From Eledone cirrhosa (taxonomy: Eukaryota): a stretch of DNA of 64,000 bases. A program made the translations under genes and the position numbers. The notes beneath the pieces are model-generated. The model was not told the origin of the DNA, did no database searches, and worked only from the letters and a program-made list of their open reading frames with translations. Positions 23,201 to 35,200 of the stretch are shown piece by piece (the stretch's first letter is position 1; each line of letters opens with the position of its first letter). Location: positions 422,096,001-422,160,000 of the forward strand of contig OZ024740.1 in assembly GCA_964016885.1 (NCBI GenBank). The letters run 5' to 3'.

Positions 23201-26200
23201 TACTGCCTCAATATCAGCCCTAAGGTAGCAGGTTTCTAGTTCAGTGTAATTTTGTAAGAGTTACTGCCTCAATGTCTGCCCTAACGTAGCAGGTTTCTAG
23301 TTCAGTGTTGTTTTGTAAGAGTTACTGCCTCAATATCTGCCATAAGGTAGCAGGTTTCTAGTTCAGTGTTGTTTTGTAACAGTTACTGTCTCAATATCTG
23401 CCCTAAAGTAGCAGGTTTCTAGTTCAGTGTTGCTTTGTAAGAGTTACTGCCTCAATATCTGCCCTAAGGTAGCAGGTTTCTAGTTCACTGAAATTTTGTA
23501 AGAGTTACTATCTCAATATCTGCCCTAAGGTAGCAGGTTTCTAGTTCAGTGTTGTTTTGTAAGAGTTACTGACTCAATATCTGCCCTAGGGTAGCAGGTT
23601 TCTAGTACAGTGTTGCTTTGTAAGAGATACTGCCTCAATATCTGCCCTAACGTAGCAGGTTTCTACTTCAGTGTTGTTTTGTAAGAGTTATTGTCTCAAT
23701 ATCTGCCCTAAGGCAGCAGGTTTCTAGTTCAGTGTTGTTTTGTAAGAGTTACTGCCTCAATATCTGCCCTAAGACAGCAGGTTTCTAGTTCAGTGTAATT
23801 TTGTAAGAGTTACTGTCTCAATATCTGCTCTAAGACTGCAGGTTTCTAGTTCAGTGTAGTTTTATGAGAGTTACTGTCTCAATATCTGCTCTATGGTAGC
23901 AGGTTTCTAGTTCAGTGTAATTGTGTAAGAGTTACTGCCTCAATATCTGCCCTAAGGTAGCTGGTTTATAGTTCAGTGTAATTTTGTAAGAGTTACTGCC
24001 TCAATATCTGCCCTAATGTAGCAGGTTTCTAGTTCACTGTTGTTTTGTAAGAGTTGCTGTCTAAATATCTGCCCTAAGGTAGCAGGTTTCTAGTTCAGTG
24101 TAATTTTGTAAGAGTTACTGCCTCAATATCTGCCCTTAGGTAAAAGGTTTCTTGTTCAGCGTAATTTTGGAAGAGTTACTGCCTCAATATCTGCCCTAAG
24201 GTAGCAGGTTTCTAGTTCAGTGTAATTGTGTAAGAGTTACTGTCTCAATATCTGCCCTAAGGTAGCAGGTTTCTAGTTAGTGTAATTTTCTAAGAGTTAT
24301 TGCCTCACTATCTGCCCTAAGGTTGCAGGTTTCTAGTTCAGTGTAATTTTCTAAGAGTTACTGCCTCAATATCTGCCCTAAGGTAGCAGGTTTCTAGTTC
24401 AGTGCAATTTTGTAAGAGTTACTGCCTCAATATATGCCCTAAGTTAGCAGGTTTCTAGTCCAGTGTTGTTTTGTAAGAGTTACTGTCTCAATATCTGCCC
24501 TAAGGTAGCAGGTTTCTAGTTCAGTGTAATTTTGTAAGAGTTACTGCCTCAATATCTGCCCTAAGGTAGAAGGTTTCTAGTTCACTGAAATTTTGTAAGA
24601 GTTACTATCTCAATATATGCCCTAAGGTAGCAGGTTTCTAGTCCAGTGTTGTTTTGTAAGAGTTACTGTCTCAATATCTGCCCTAAGGTAGCAGGTTTCT
24701 AGTTCAGTGTAATTTTGTAAGAGTTACTGCCTCAATATCTGCCCTAAGGTAGAAGGTTTCTAGTTCAGTGTAATTTTGTAAGAGTTACTGCCTCAATATC
24801 TGCCCTAACGTAGCAGGTTTCTAGTTCAGTGGTATTTTGTAAGAGTTACTGCCTCAATATCTGCCCTAAGGTAGCAGGTTTCTAGTTCAGTGTAATTTTT
24901 CAAGAGTTACTGTCTCAATATCTGCCCTAAGGTAGCAGGTTTCTAGTTCAGTGTTGTTTTGTAAGAGTTACTGCCTCAATATCTGCCCTAAGGAAGCAGG
25001 TTTCTAGTTCAATGTTGCTTTGTAAGAGTTACTGCCTCAATATCTGCTCTATGGTAGCAGATTTCTAGTTCACTGAAATTTTGTAAGAGTTACTATCTCA
25101 ATATCTGCCCTAAGGTAGCAGGTTTCTAGTTCAGTGTTGCTTTGTAAGAGTTGCTGCCTCAATATCTGCCCTAAGGTAGCTGGTTTATAGTTCAGTGTAA
25201 TTTTGTAAGAGTTACTGCCTCAATATCTGCCCTAATGTAGCAGGTTTCTAGTTCACTGTTGTTTTGTAAGAGATGCTGTCTCAATATCTGCCCTAAGGTA
25301 GCAGGTTTCTAGTTCAGTGTAATTTTGTAAGAGTTACTGCCTCAATATCTGCCCTAAGGTAAAAGGTTTCTTGTTCAGCGTAATTTTGGAAGAGTTACTG
25401 CCTCAATATCTGCCCTAAGGTAGCAGGTTTCTAGTTCAGTGTAATTGTGTAAGAGTTACTGTCTCAATATCTGCCCTAAGGTAGCAGGTTTCTAGTTAGT
25501 GTAATATTCTAAGAGTTATTGCCTCAATATCTGCCTTTGACATCAGGTTTCTAGTTCAGTGTAATTTTCTAAGAGTTACTGCCTCAATATCTGCCCTAAG
25601 GTAGCAGGTTTCTAGTTCAGTGCAATTTTGTAAGAGTTACTGCCTCAATATCCGCCCTAAGGTAGAAGATTTCTAGTTCAGTGTTATTTTGTAAGAGTTA
25701 GTGCCTCAATATCTGCCCTAAGGTAGCAGGTTTCTAGTTCACTGAAATTTTGTAAGAGTTACTATCTCAATATCTGCCCTAAGGTAGCAGGTTTCTAGTT
25801 CAGTGTAATTTTGTAAGAGTTACTATCTCAATATCTGCCCTAAGGTAGCAGGTTTCTAGTAGAGTGTTGTTTTGTAAGAGTTACTGCCTCATTATCTGCC
25901 CTAAGGTAGCAGGTTTCTAATTCAGTGTAATTTTCTAAGAGTTACTGCCTCAATATTTGGCCTAAGGTAGCAGATTTCTAGTTCAGTGTTATTTTGTAAG
26001 AGTTACTGCCTCAATATCCGCCCCAAGGTAGCAGGTTTCTAGTTCAGTGTTATTTTGTAAGATTTACTGCCTCAATATCTGCCCTAATGTAGTAGGTTTC
26101 TAGTTCAGTGTAGTTTTGTAAGAGTTACTGTCTCAATATCTGCCCTAAGTTAGCAGGTTTCTAGTTCAGTGTTGTTTTGTAAGTTTTACTGCCTCAATAT

Positions 26201-29200
26201 CTGCCCTAAGTTAGCAGGTTTCTAGTTCAGTGTAGTTTTGTAAGAGTTACTGTCTCAATATCTGCCCTAAGGTAGCAGGTTTCTAGTTCAGTGTTGTTTT
26301 GTAAGAGTTACTGCCTCAATCTCTGCCGTAAGGTAGCAGGTTTCTAGTTCAGTGTTGTTTTGTAAGAGATACTGCCTCAATATCTGCCCTAAGGTAGCAG
26401 GTTTCTAGTTCAGTGTTGTTTATAAGAGATACTGCCCCAATATCTGCCCTAAAGTAGCAGCTTTCTAGTTCAGTGTTGTTTTGTAAGAGTTACTGCCTCA
26501 ATATCTGCCCTAAGGTAGCAGGATTCTAGTTCAGTGTTGTTTTGTAAGAGTTACTGCCTCAATATCTGCCCTAAAGTAGCAGGTTTCTAGTTCAGTGTTG
26601 TTTTGTAAGAGATACTTCCTCAATATATGCCCTAAGGTAGCAGGTTTCTAGTTCAGTGTTGTTTTGTAAGAGTTACTGCCTCAATATCTGCACTAAGGTA
26701 GCAGCTTTCTAGTTCAGTGTTGTTTTGTAAGAGTTACTGCCTCAATATCTGTCCTAAGGTAGCAGATTTCTAGTTCAGTGTTATTTATAAGAGTTACTGC
26801 CTCAATATCTGCCCTAAGGTAGCAGGTTTCTAGTTCAGTGTTGTTTTGTAAGAGTTACTGCCTCAATATCTGCCCTAAGATAGCAGGTTTCTCGTTCAGT
26901 GTAGTTTTGTAAGAGTGCCTCGAAATCTGCCCTAGGGTAGCAGGTTTCTAGTTCAGTGTTGTTTATAAGAGTTACTGCTCCAATATCTGCCCTAAAGTAG
27001 CAGGTTTCTAGTTCAGTGTTGTTTTATAAGAGTTACTGTCTCAATATCTGCCCTAAGGTAGCAGGTTTCTAGTTCACTGAAATTTTGTAAGAGTTACTAT
27101 CTCAATATCTGCCCTAAGGTAGCAGGTTTCTAGTTCAGTGTTGTTTTGTAAGAGTTACTGACTCAATATCTGCCCTAGGGTAGCAGGTTTCTAGTACAGT
27201 GTTGCTTTGTAAGAGATACTGCCTCAATATCTGCCCTAACGTAGCAGGTTTCTACTTCAGTGTTGTTTTGTAAGAGTTATTGTCTCAATATCTGCCCTAA
27301 GGCAGCAGGTTTCTAGTTCAGTGTTGTTTTGTAAGAGTTACTGCCTCAATATCTGCCCTAAGACAGCAGGTTTCTAGTTCAGTGTAATTTTGTAAGAGTT
27401 ACTGTCTCAATATCTGCCCTAAGACTGCAGGTTTCTAGTTCAGTGTAGTTTTATGAGAGTTACTGTCTCAATATCTGCTCTATGGTAGCAGGTTTCTAGT
27501 TCAGTGTAATTGTGTAAGAGTTACTGCCTCAATATCTGCCCTAAGGTAGCTGGTTTATAGTTCAGTGTAATTTTGTAAGAGTTACTGCCTCAATATCTGC
27601 CCTAATGTAGCAGGTTTCTAGTTCACTGTTGTTTTGTAAGAGTTGCTGTCTAAATATCTGCCCTAAGGTAGCAGGTTTCTAGTTCAGTGTAATTTTGTAA
27701 GAGTTACTGCCTCAATATCTGCCCTTAGGTAAAAGGTTTCTTGTTCAGCGTAATTTTGGAAGAGTTACTGCCTCAATATCTGACCTAAGGTAGCAGGTTT
27801 CTAGTTCAGTGTAATTGTGTAAGAGTTACTGTCTCAATATCTGCCCTAAGGTAGCAGGTTTCTAGTTAGTGTAATTTTCTAAGAGTTATTGCCTCACTAT
27901 CTGCCCTAAGGTTGCAGGTTTCTAGTTCAGTGTAATTTTCTAAGAGTTACTGCCTCAATATCTGCCCTAAGGTAGCAGGTTTCTAGTTCAGTGCAATTTT
28001 GTAAGAGTTACTGCCTCAATATATGCCCTAAGTTAGCAGGTTTCTAGTCCAGTGTTGTTTTGTAAGAGTTACTGTCTCAATATCTGCCCTAAGGTAGCAG
28101 GTTTCTAGTTCAGTGTAATTTTGTAAGAGTTACTGCCTCAATATCTGCCCTAAGGTAGAAGGTTTCTAGTTCACTGAAATTTTGTAAGAGTTACTATCTC
28201 AATATATGCCCTAAGGTAGCAGGTTTCTAGTCCAGTGTTGTTTTGTAAGAGTTACTGTCTCAATATCTGCCCTAAGGTAGCAGGTTTCTAGTTCAGTGTA
28301 ATTTTGTAAGAGTTACTGCCTCAATATCTGCCCTAAGGTAGAAGGTTTCTAGTTCAGTGTAATTTTGTAAGAGTTACTGCCTCAATATCTGCCCTAACGT
28401 AGCAGGTTTCTAGTTCAGTGGTATTTTGTAAGAGTTACTGCCTCAATATCTGCCCTAAGGTAGCAGGTTTCTAGTTCAGTGTAATTTTTCAAGAGTTACT
28501 GTCTCAATATCTGCCCTAAGGTAGCAGGTTTCTAGTTCAGTGTTGTTTTGTAAGAGTTACTGCCTCAATATCTGCCCTAAGGAAGCAGGTTTCTAGTTCA
28601 ATGTTGCTTTGTAAGAGTTACTGCCTCAATATCTGCTCTATGGTAGCAGATTTCTAGTTCACTGAAATTTTGTAAGAGTTACTATCTCAATATCTGCCCT
28701 AAGGTAGCAGGTTTCTAGTTCAGTGTTGCTTTGTAAGAGTTGCTGCCTCAATATCTGCCCTAAGGTAGCTGGTTTATAGTTCAGTGTAATTTTGTAAGAG
28801 TTACTGCCTCAATATCTGCCCTAATGTAGCAGGTTTCTAGTTCACTGTTGTTTTGTAAGAGATGCTGTCTCAATATCTGCCCTAAGGTAGCAGGTTTCTA
28901 GTTCAGTGTAATTTTGTAAGAGTTACTGCCTCAATATCTGCCCTAAGGTAAAAGGTTTCTTGTTCAGCGTAATTTTGGAAGAGTTACTGCCTCAATATCT
29001 GCCCTAAGGTAGCAGGTTTCTAGTTCAGTGTAATTGTGTAAGAGTTACTGTCTCAATATCTGCCCTAAGGTAGCAGGTTTCTAGTTAGTGTAATATTCTA
29101 AGAGTTATTGCCTCAATATCTGCCTTTGACATCAGGTTTCTAGTTCAGTGTAATTTAATAAGAGTTACTGCCTCAATATCTGCCCTAAGTTAGCAGGTTT

Positions 29201-32200
29201 CTAGTTCAGTGCAATTTTGTAAGAGTTACTGCCTCAATATCCGCCCTAAGGTAGAAGATTTCTAGTTCAGTGTTATTTTGTAAGAGTTAGTGCCTCAATA
29301 TCTGCCCTAAGGTAGCAGGTTTCTAGTTCACTGAAATTTTGTAAGAGTTACTATCTCAATATCTGCCCTAAGGTAGCAGGTTTCTAGTTCAGTGTAATTT
29401 TGTAAGAGTTACTATCTCAATATCTGCCCTAAGGTAGCAGGTTTCTAGTAGAGTGTTGTTTTGTAAGAGTTACTGCCTCATTATCTGCCCTAAGGTAGCA
29501 GGTTTCTAATTCAGTGTAATTTTCTAAGAGTTACTGCCTCAATATTTGGCCTAAGGTAGCAGGTTTCTAGTTCAGTGTTATTTTGTAAGATTTACTGCCT
29601 CAATATCTGCCCTAATGTAGTAGGTTTCTAGTTCAGTGTAGTTTTGTAAGAGTTACTGTCTCAATATCTGCCCTAAGTTAGCAGGTTTCTAGTTCAGTGT
29701 TGTTTTGTAAGTTTTACTGCCTCAATATCTGCCCTAAGTTAGCAGGTTTCTAGTTCAGTGTAGTTTTGTAAGAGTTACTGTCTCAATATCTGCCCTAAGG
29801 TAGCAGGTTTCTAGTTCAGTGTTGTTTTGTAAGAGTTACTGCCTCAATCTCTGCCGTAAGGTAGCAGGTTTCTAGTTCAGTGTTGTTTTGTAAGAGATAC
29901 TGCCTCAATATCTGCCCTAAGGTAGCAGGTTTCTAGTTCAGTGTTGTTTATAAGAGATACTGCCCCAATATCTGCCCTAAAGTAGCAGCTTTCTAGTTCA
30001 GTGTTGTTTTGTAAGAGTTACTGCCTCAATATCTGCCCTAAGGTAGCAGGATTCTAGTTCAGTGTTGTTTTGTAAGAGTTACTGCCTCAATATCTGCCCT
30101 AAAGTAGCAGGTTTCTAGTTCAGTGTTGTTTTGTAAGAGATACTTCCTCAATATATGCCCTAAGGTAGCAGGTTTCTAGTTCAGTGTTGTTTTGTAAGAG
30201 TTACTGCCTCAATATCTGCACTAAGGTAGCAGCTTTCTAGTTCAGTGTTGTTTTGTAAGAGTTACTGCCTCAATATCTGTCCTAAGGTAGCAGATTTCTA
30301 GTTCAGTGTTATTTATAAGAGTTACTGCCTCAATATCTGCCCTAAGGTAGCAGGTTTCTAGTTCAGTGTTGTTTTGTAAGAGTTACTGCCTCAATATCTG
30401 CCCTAAGATAGCAGGTTTCTCGTTCAGTGTAGTTTTGTAAGAGTGCCTCGAAATCTGCCCTAGGGTAGCAGGTTTCTAGTTCAGTGTTGTTTATAAGAGT
30501 TACTGCTCCAATATCTGCCCTAAAGTAGCAGGTTTCTAGTTCAGTGTTGTTTTATAAGAGTTACTGTCTCAATATCTGCCCTAAGGTAGCAGGTTTCTAG
30601 TTCAGTGTAATTTTGAAAGAATTACTGCCTCAATATCTGCACTAAGGTAGCAGGATTCTAGTTCAGTGTTGTTTTGTAAGAGTTACTGTCTCAATATCTG
30701 CCCTAAGGTAGCAGGTTTCTAGTTCAGTGTAATTTTGTAAGAGTTACTGCTTCAATATCTGCCCTAAAGTAGCAGGTTTCTACTTCAGAGTTGTTTTGTA
30801 AGAGTTACTGCCTCAATATCAGCCCTAAGGTAGCAGGTTTCTAGTTCAGTGTAATTTTGTAAGAGTTACTGCCTCAATGTCTGCCCTAACGTAGCAGGTT
30901 TCTAGTTCAGTGTTGTTTTGTAAGAGTTACTGCCTCAATATCTGCCATAAGGTAGCAGGTTTCTAGTTCAGTGTTGTTTTGTAATAGTTACTGTCTCAAT
31001 ATCTGCCCTAAAGTAGCAGGTTTCTAGTTCAGTGTTGCTTTGTAATAGTTACTGCCTCAATATCTGCCCTAAGGTAGCAGGTTTCTAGTTCAGTGTTGGT
31101 TTGTAAGAGTTACTGCTTCAATATCTGCCTTAAGGTAGCAGGTTTCTACTTCAGTGTTGTTGTGTAAGAGTTACTGTCACAATATCTGCCCGAAGGTAGC
31201 AGGTTTCTAGTTTAGTGTAATTTTGTAAGAGTTACTGCATCAATATCTGCCCTAAGGTATCATGTTTTTAGTTCACTGTAATTTTGTAAGAGTTACTGCC
31301 TCATTATCTGCCCTAAGGTAGCAGGTTTCTAATTCAGTGTACTTTTCTAAGAGTTACTGCCTCAATATTTGGCCTAAGTTAGCAGGTTTCTAGTTCAGTG
31401 TTGTTTTGTAAGATTTACTGCCTCAATATCTGACCTAATGTAGTAGGTTTCTAGTTCAGTGTAGTTTTGTAAGAGTTACTATCTCAATATCTGCCCTAAG
31501 TTAGCAGGTTTCTAGTTCAGTGTAGTTTTGTAAGAGTTTCTGTCTCAATATCTGCCCTAAGGTAGCAGGTTTCTAGTTCAGTGTTGTTTTGTAAGAGTTA
31601 CTGCCTCAATATCTGCCCTAATGTAGTAGGTTTCTAGTTCAGTGTAGTTTTGTAAGAGTTACTAGCTCAATATCTGCCCTAAGTTAGCAGGTTTCTAGTT
31701 CAGTGTTGTTTTGTAAGATTTACTGCCTCAATATCTGCCCTAATGTAGTAGGTTTCTAGTTCAGTGTAGTTTTGTAAGAGTTACTATCTCAATATCTGCC
31801 CTAAGTTAGCTGTTTTCTAGTTCAGTGTTGTTTTGTAAGAGTTATCGTCTCAATATCTGCCCTAAGGTAGCAGGTTTCTAGTTCAGTGTTGTTTAGTAAG
31901 AGTTACTGCCTCAATATATGCCCTAAGGTAGCAGGTTTCTAGTTCACTGAAATTTTGTAAGAGTTACTATCTCAATATTTGCCCTAAGGTAGCAGGTTTC
32001 TAGTTCAGTGTTGTTTTGTAAGTGTTACTACCTCAATATCTGCCCTAATGTAGCAGGTTTCTGGTTCAGTGTTGTTTTGTAAGAGTTACTGCCTCAATAT
32101 CAGCCCTAAGGTAGCAGGTTTCTAGTTCAGTGTAATTTTGTAAGAGTTACTGCCTCAATGTCTGCCCTAACGTAGCAGGTTTCTAGTACAGTGTTGCTTT

Positions 32201-35200
32201 GTAAGAGATACTGCCTCAATATCTGCCCTAACGTAGCAGGTTTCTACTTCAGTGTTGTTTTGTAAGAGTTATTGTCTCAATATCTGCCCTAAGGCAGCAG
32301 GTTTCTAGTTCAGTGTTGTTTTGTAAGAGTTACTGCCTCAATATCTGCCCTAAGACAGCAGGTTTCTAGTTCAGTGTAATTTTGTAAGAGTTACTGTCTC
32401 AATATCTGCCCTAAGACTGCAGGTTTCTAGTTCAGTGTAGTTTTATGAGAGTTACTGTCTCAATATCTGCTCTATGGTAGCAGGTTTCTAGTTCAGTGTA
32501 ATTGTGTAAGAGTTACTGCCTCAATATCTGCCCTAAGGTAGCTGGTTTATAGTTCAGTGTAATTTTGTAAGAGTTACTGCCTCAATATCTGCCCTAATGT
32601 AGCAGGTTTCTAGTTCACTGTTGTTTTGTAAGAGTTGCTGTCTAAATATCTGCCCTAAGGTAGCAGGTTTCTAGTTCAGTGTAATTTTGTAAGAGTTACT
32701 GCCTCAATATCTGCCCTAAGGTAAAAGGTTTCTTGTTCAGCTTAATTTTGGAAGAGTTACTGCCTCAATATCTGCCCTAAGGTAGCAGGTTTCTAGTTCA
32801 GTGTAATTGTGTAAGAGTTACTGTCTCAATATCTGCCCTAAGGTAGCAGGTTTCTAGTTAGTGTAATTTTCTAAGAGTTATTGCCTCACTATCTGCCCTA
32901 AGGTTGCAGGTTTCTAGTTCAGTGTAATTTTCTAAGAGTTACTGCCTCAATATCTGCCCTAAGGTAGCAGGTTTCTAGTTCAGTGCAATTTTGTAAGAGT
33001 TACTGCCTCAATATCTGCCGTAAGGTAGAAGATTTCTAGTTCAGTGTTATTTTGTAAGAGTTAGTGCCTCAATATCTGCCCTAAGGTAGAAGGTTTCTAG
33101 TTCACTGAAATTTTGTAAGAGTTACTATCTCAATATATGCCCTAAGGTAGCAGGTTTCTAGTCCAGTGTTGTTTTGTAAGAGTTACTGTCTCAATATCTG
33201 CCCTAAGGTAGCAGGTTTCTAGTTCAGTGTAATTTTGTAAGAGTTACTGCCTCAATATCTGCCCTAAGGTAGAAGGTTTCTAGTTCAGTGTAATTTTGTA
33301 AGAGTTACTGCCTCAATATCTGCCCTAACGTAGCAGGTTTCTAGTTCAGTGTTATTTTGTAAGAGTTACTGCCTCAATATCTGCCCTAAGGTAGCAGGTT
33401 TCTAGTTCAGTGTAATTTTTCAAGAGTTACTGTCTCAATATCTGCCCTAAGGTAGCAGGTTTCTAGTTCAGTGTTGTTTTGTAAGAGTTACTGCCTCAAT
33501 ATCTGCCCTAAGGAAGCAGGTTTCTAGTTCAATGTTGTTTTGTAAGAGTTACTGCCTCAACATCTGCTCTATGGTAGCAGATTTCTAGTTCACTGAAATT
33601 TTGTAAGAGTTACTATCTCAATATCTGCCCTAAGGTAGCAGGTTTCTAGTTCAGTGTTGCTTTGTAAGAGTTGCTGCCTCAATATCTGCCCTAAGGTAGC
33701 TGGTTTATAGTTCAGTGTAATTTTGTAAGAGTTACTGCCTCAATATCTGCCCTAATGTAGCAGGTTTCTTGTTCAGCGTAATTTTGGAAGAGTTACTGCC
33801 TCAATATCTGCCCTAAGGTAGCAGGTTTCTAGTTCAGTGTAATTGTGTAAGAGTTACTGTCTCAATATCTGCCCTAAGGTAGCAGGTTTCTAGTTAGTGT
33901 AATTTTCTAAGAGTTATTGCCTCAATATCTGCCTTTGACATCAGGTTTCTAGTTCAGTGTAATTTTCTAAGATTTACTGCCTCAATATCTGCCCTAAGGT
34001 AGCAGGTTTCTAGTTCAGTGCAATTTTGTAAGAGTTACTGCCTCAATATCCGCCCTAAGGTAGAAGATTTCTAGTTCAGTGTTATTTTGTAAGAGTTAGT
34101 GCCTCAATATCTGCCCTAAGGTAGCAGGTTTCTAGTTCACTGAAATTTTGTAAGAGTTACTATCTCAATATCTGCCCTAAGGTAGCAGGTTTCTAGTTCA
34201 GTGTAATTTTGTAAGAGTTACTATCTCAATATCTGCCCTAAGGTAGCAGGTTTCTAGTTCAGTGTTGTTTTGTAAGTGTTACTGCCTCAATATCTGCCCT
34301 AATGTAGCAGGTTTCTAGTTCAGTGTTGTTTTGTAAGATTTACTGCCTCAATATCTGCCCTAACGTAGCAGGTTTCTAGTCAGTGTTGCTTTGTAAGAGT
34401 TACTGCCTCAATATCTGCCCTAAGGTAGCAGGTTTCTAGTTCAGTGTTGGTTTGTAAGAGTTACTGCTTCAATATCTGCCTTAAGGTAGCAGGTTTCTAC
34501 TTCAGTGTTGTTTTGTAAGAGTTACTGTCACAATATCTGCCCGAAGGTAGCAGGTTTCTAGTTTAGTGTAATTTTGTAAGAGTTACTGCATCAATATCTG
34601 CCCTAAGGTATCATGTTTTTAGTTCACTGTAATTTTGTAAGATTTACTGTCTCAATATCTGTCCTAAGGTAGCAGGTTTCTAGGTCAGTGTTGTTTATAA
34701 GAGTTACTGTCTCAATATCTGCCCTAAGACAGCAGGTTTCTAGTTCAGTGTTGTTTTATGAGAGTTACTGTCTCAATATCTGCCCTAAGACAGCAGGTTT
34801 CTCGTTCAGTGTTGTTATGTAAGAGTTACTACATCAATATCTGCCCTAAGGTAGCAGATTTCTAGTTCAGTGTAATTTTGTAAGAGTTGCTGCCTCAATA
34901 TCTGCTCTAAGGTAGAAGGTTTCTAGTTCAGTGTAATTTTGTAAGAGTTACTGCCTCAATATCTGCCCTAAGGTAGCAGGTTTCTACTTCAGTGTTGTTT
35001 TGTAAGAGTTACTGTCCCAATATCTGTCCGAAGGTAGCAGGTTTCTAGTTTAGTGTAATTTTGTAAGAGTTACTGCATCAATATCTGCCCTAAGGTAGCA
35101 TGTTTCTAGTTCACTGTAATTTTGTAAGAGTTACTGTCTCAATATCTGCCCTAAGTTAGCAGGTTTCTAGTTCGGTGTTGCTTTGTAAGAGTTACTGCCT

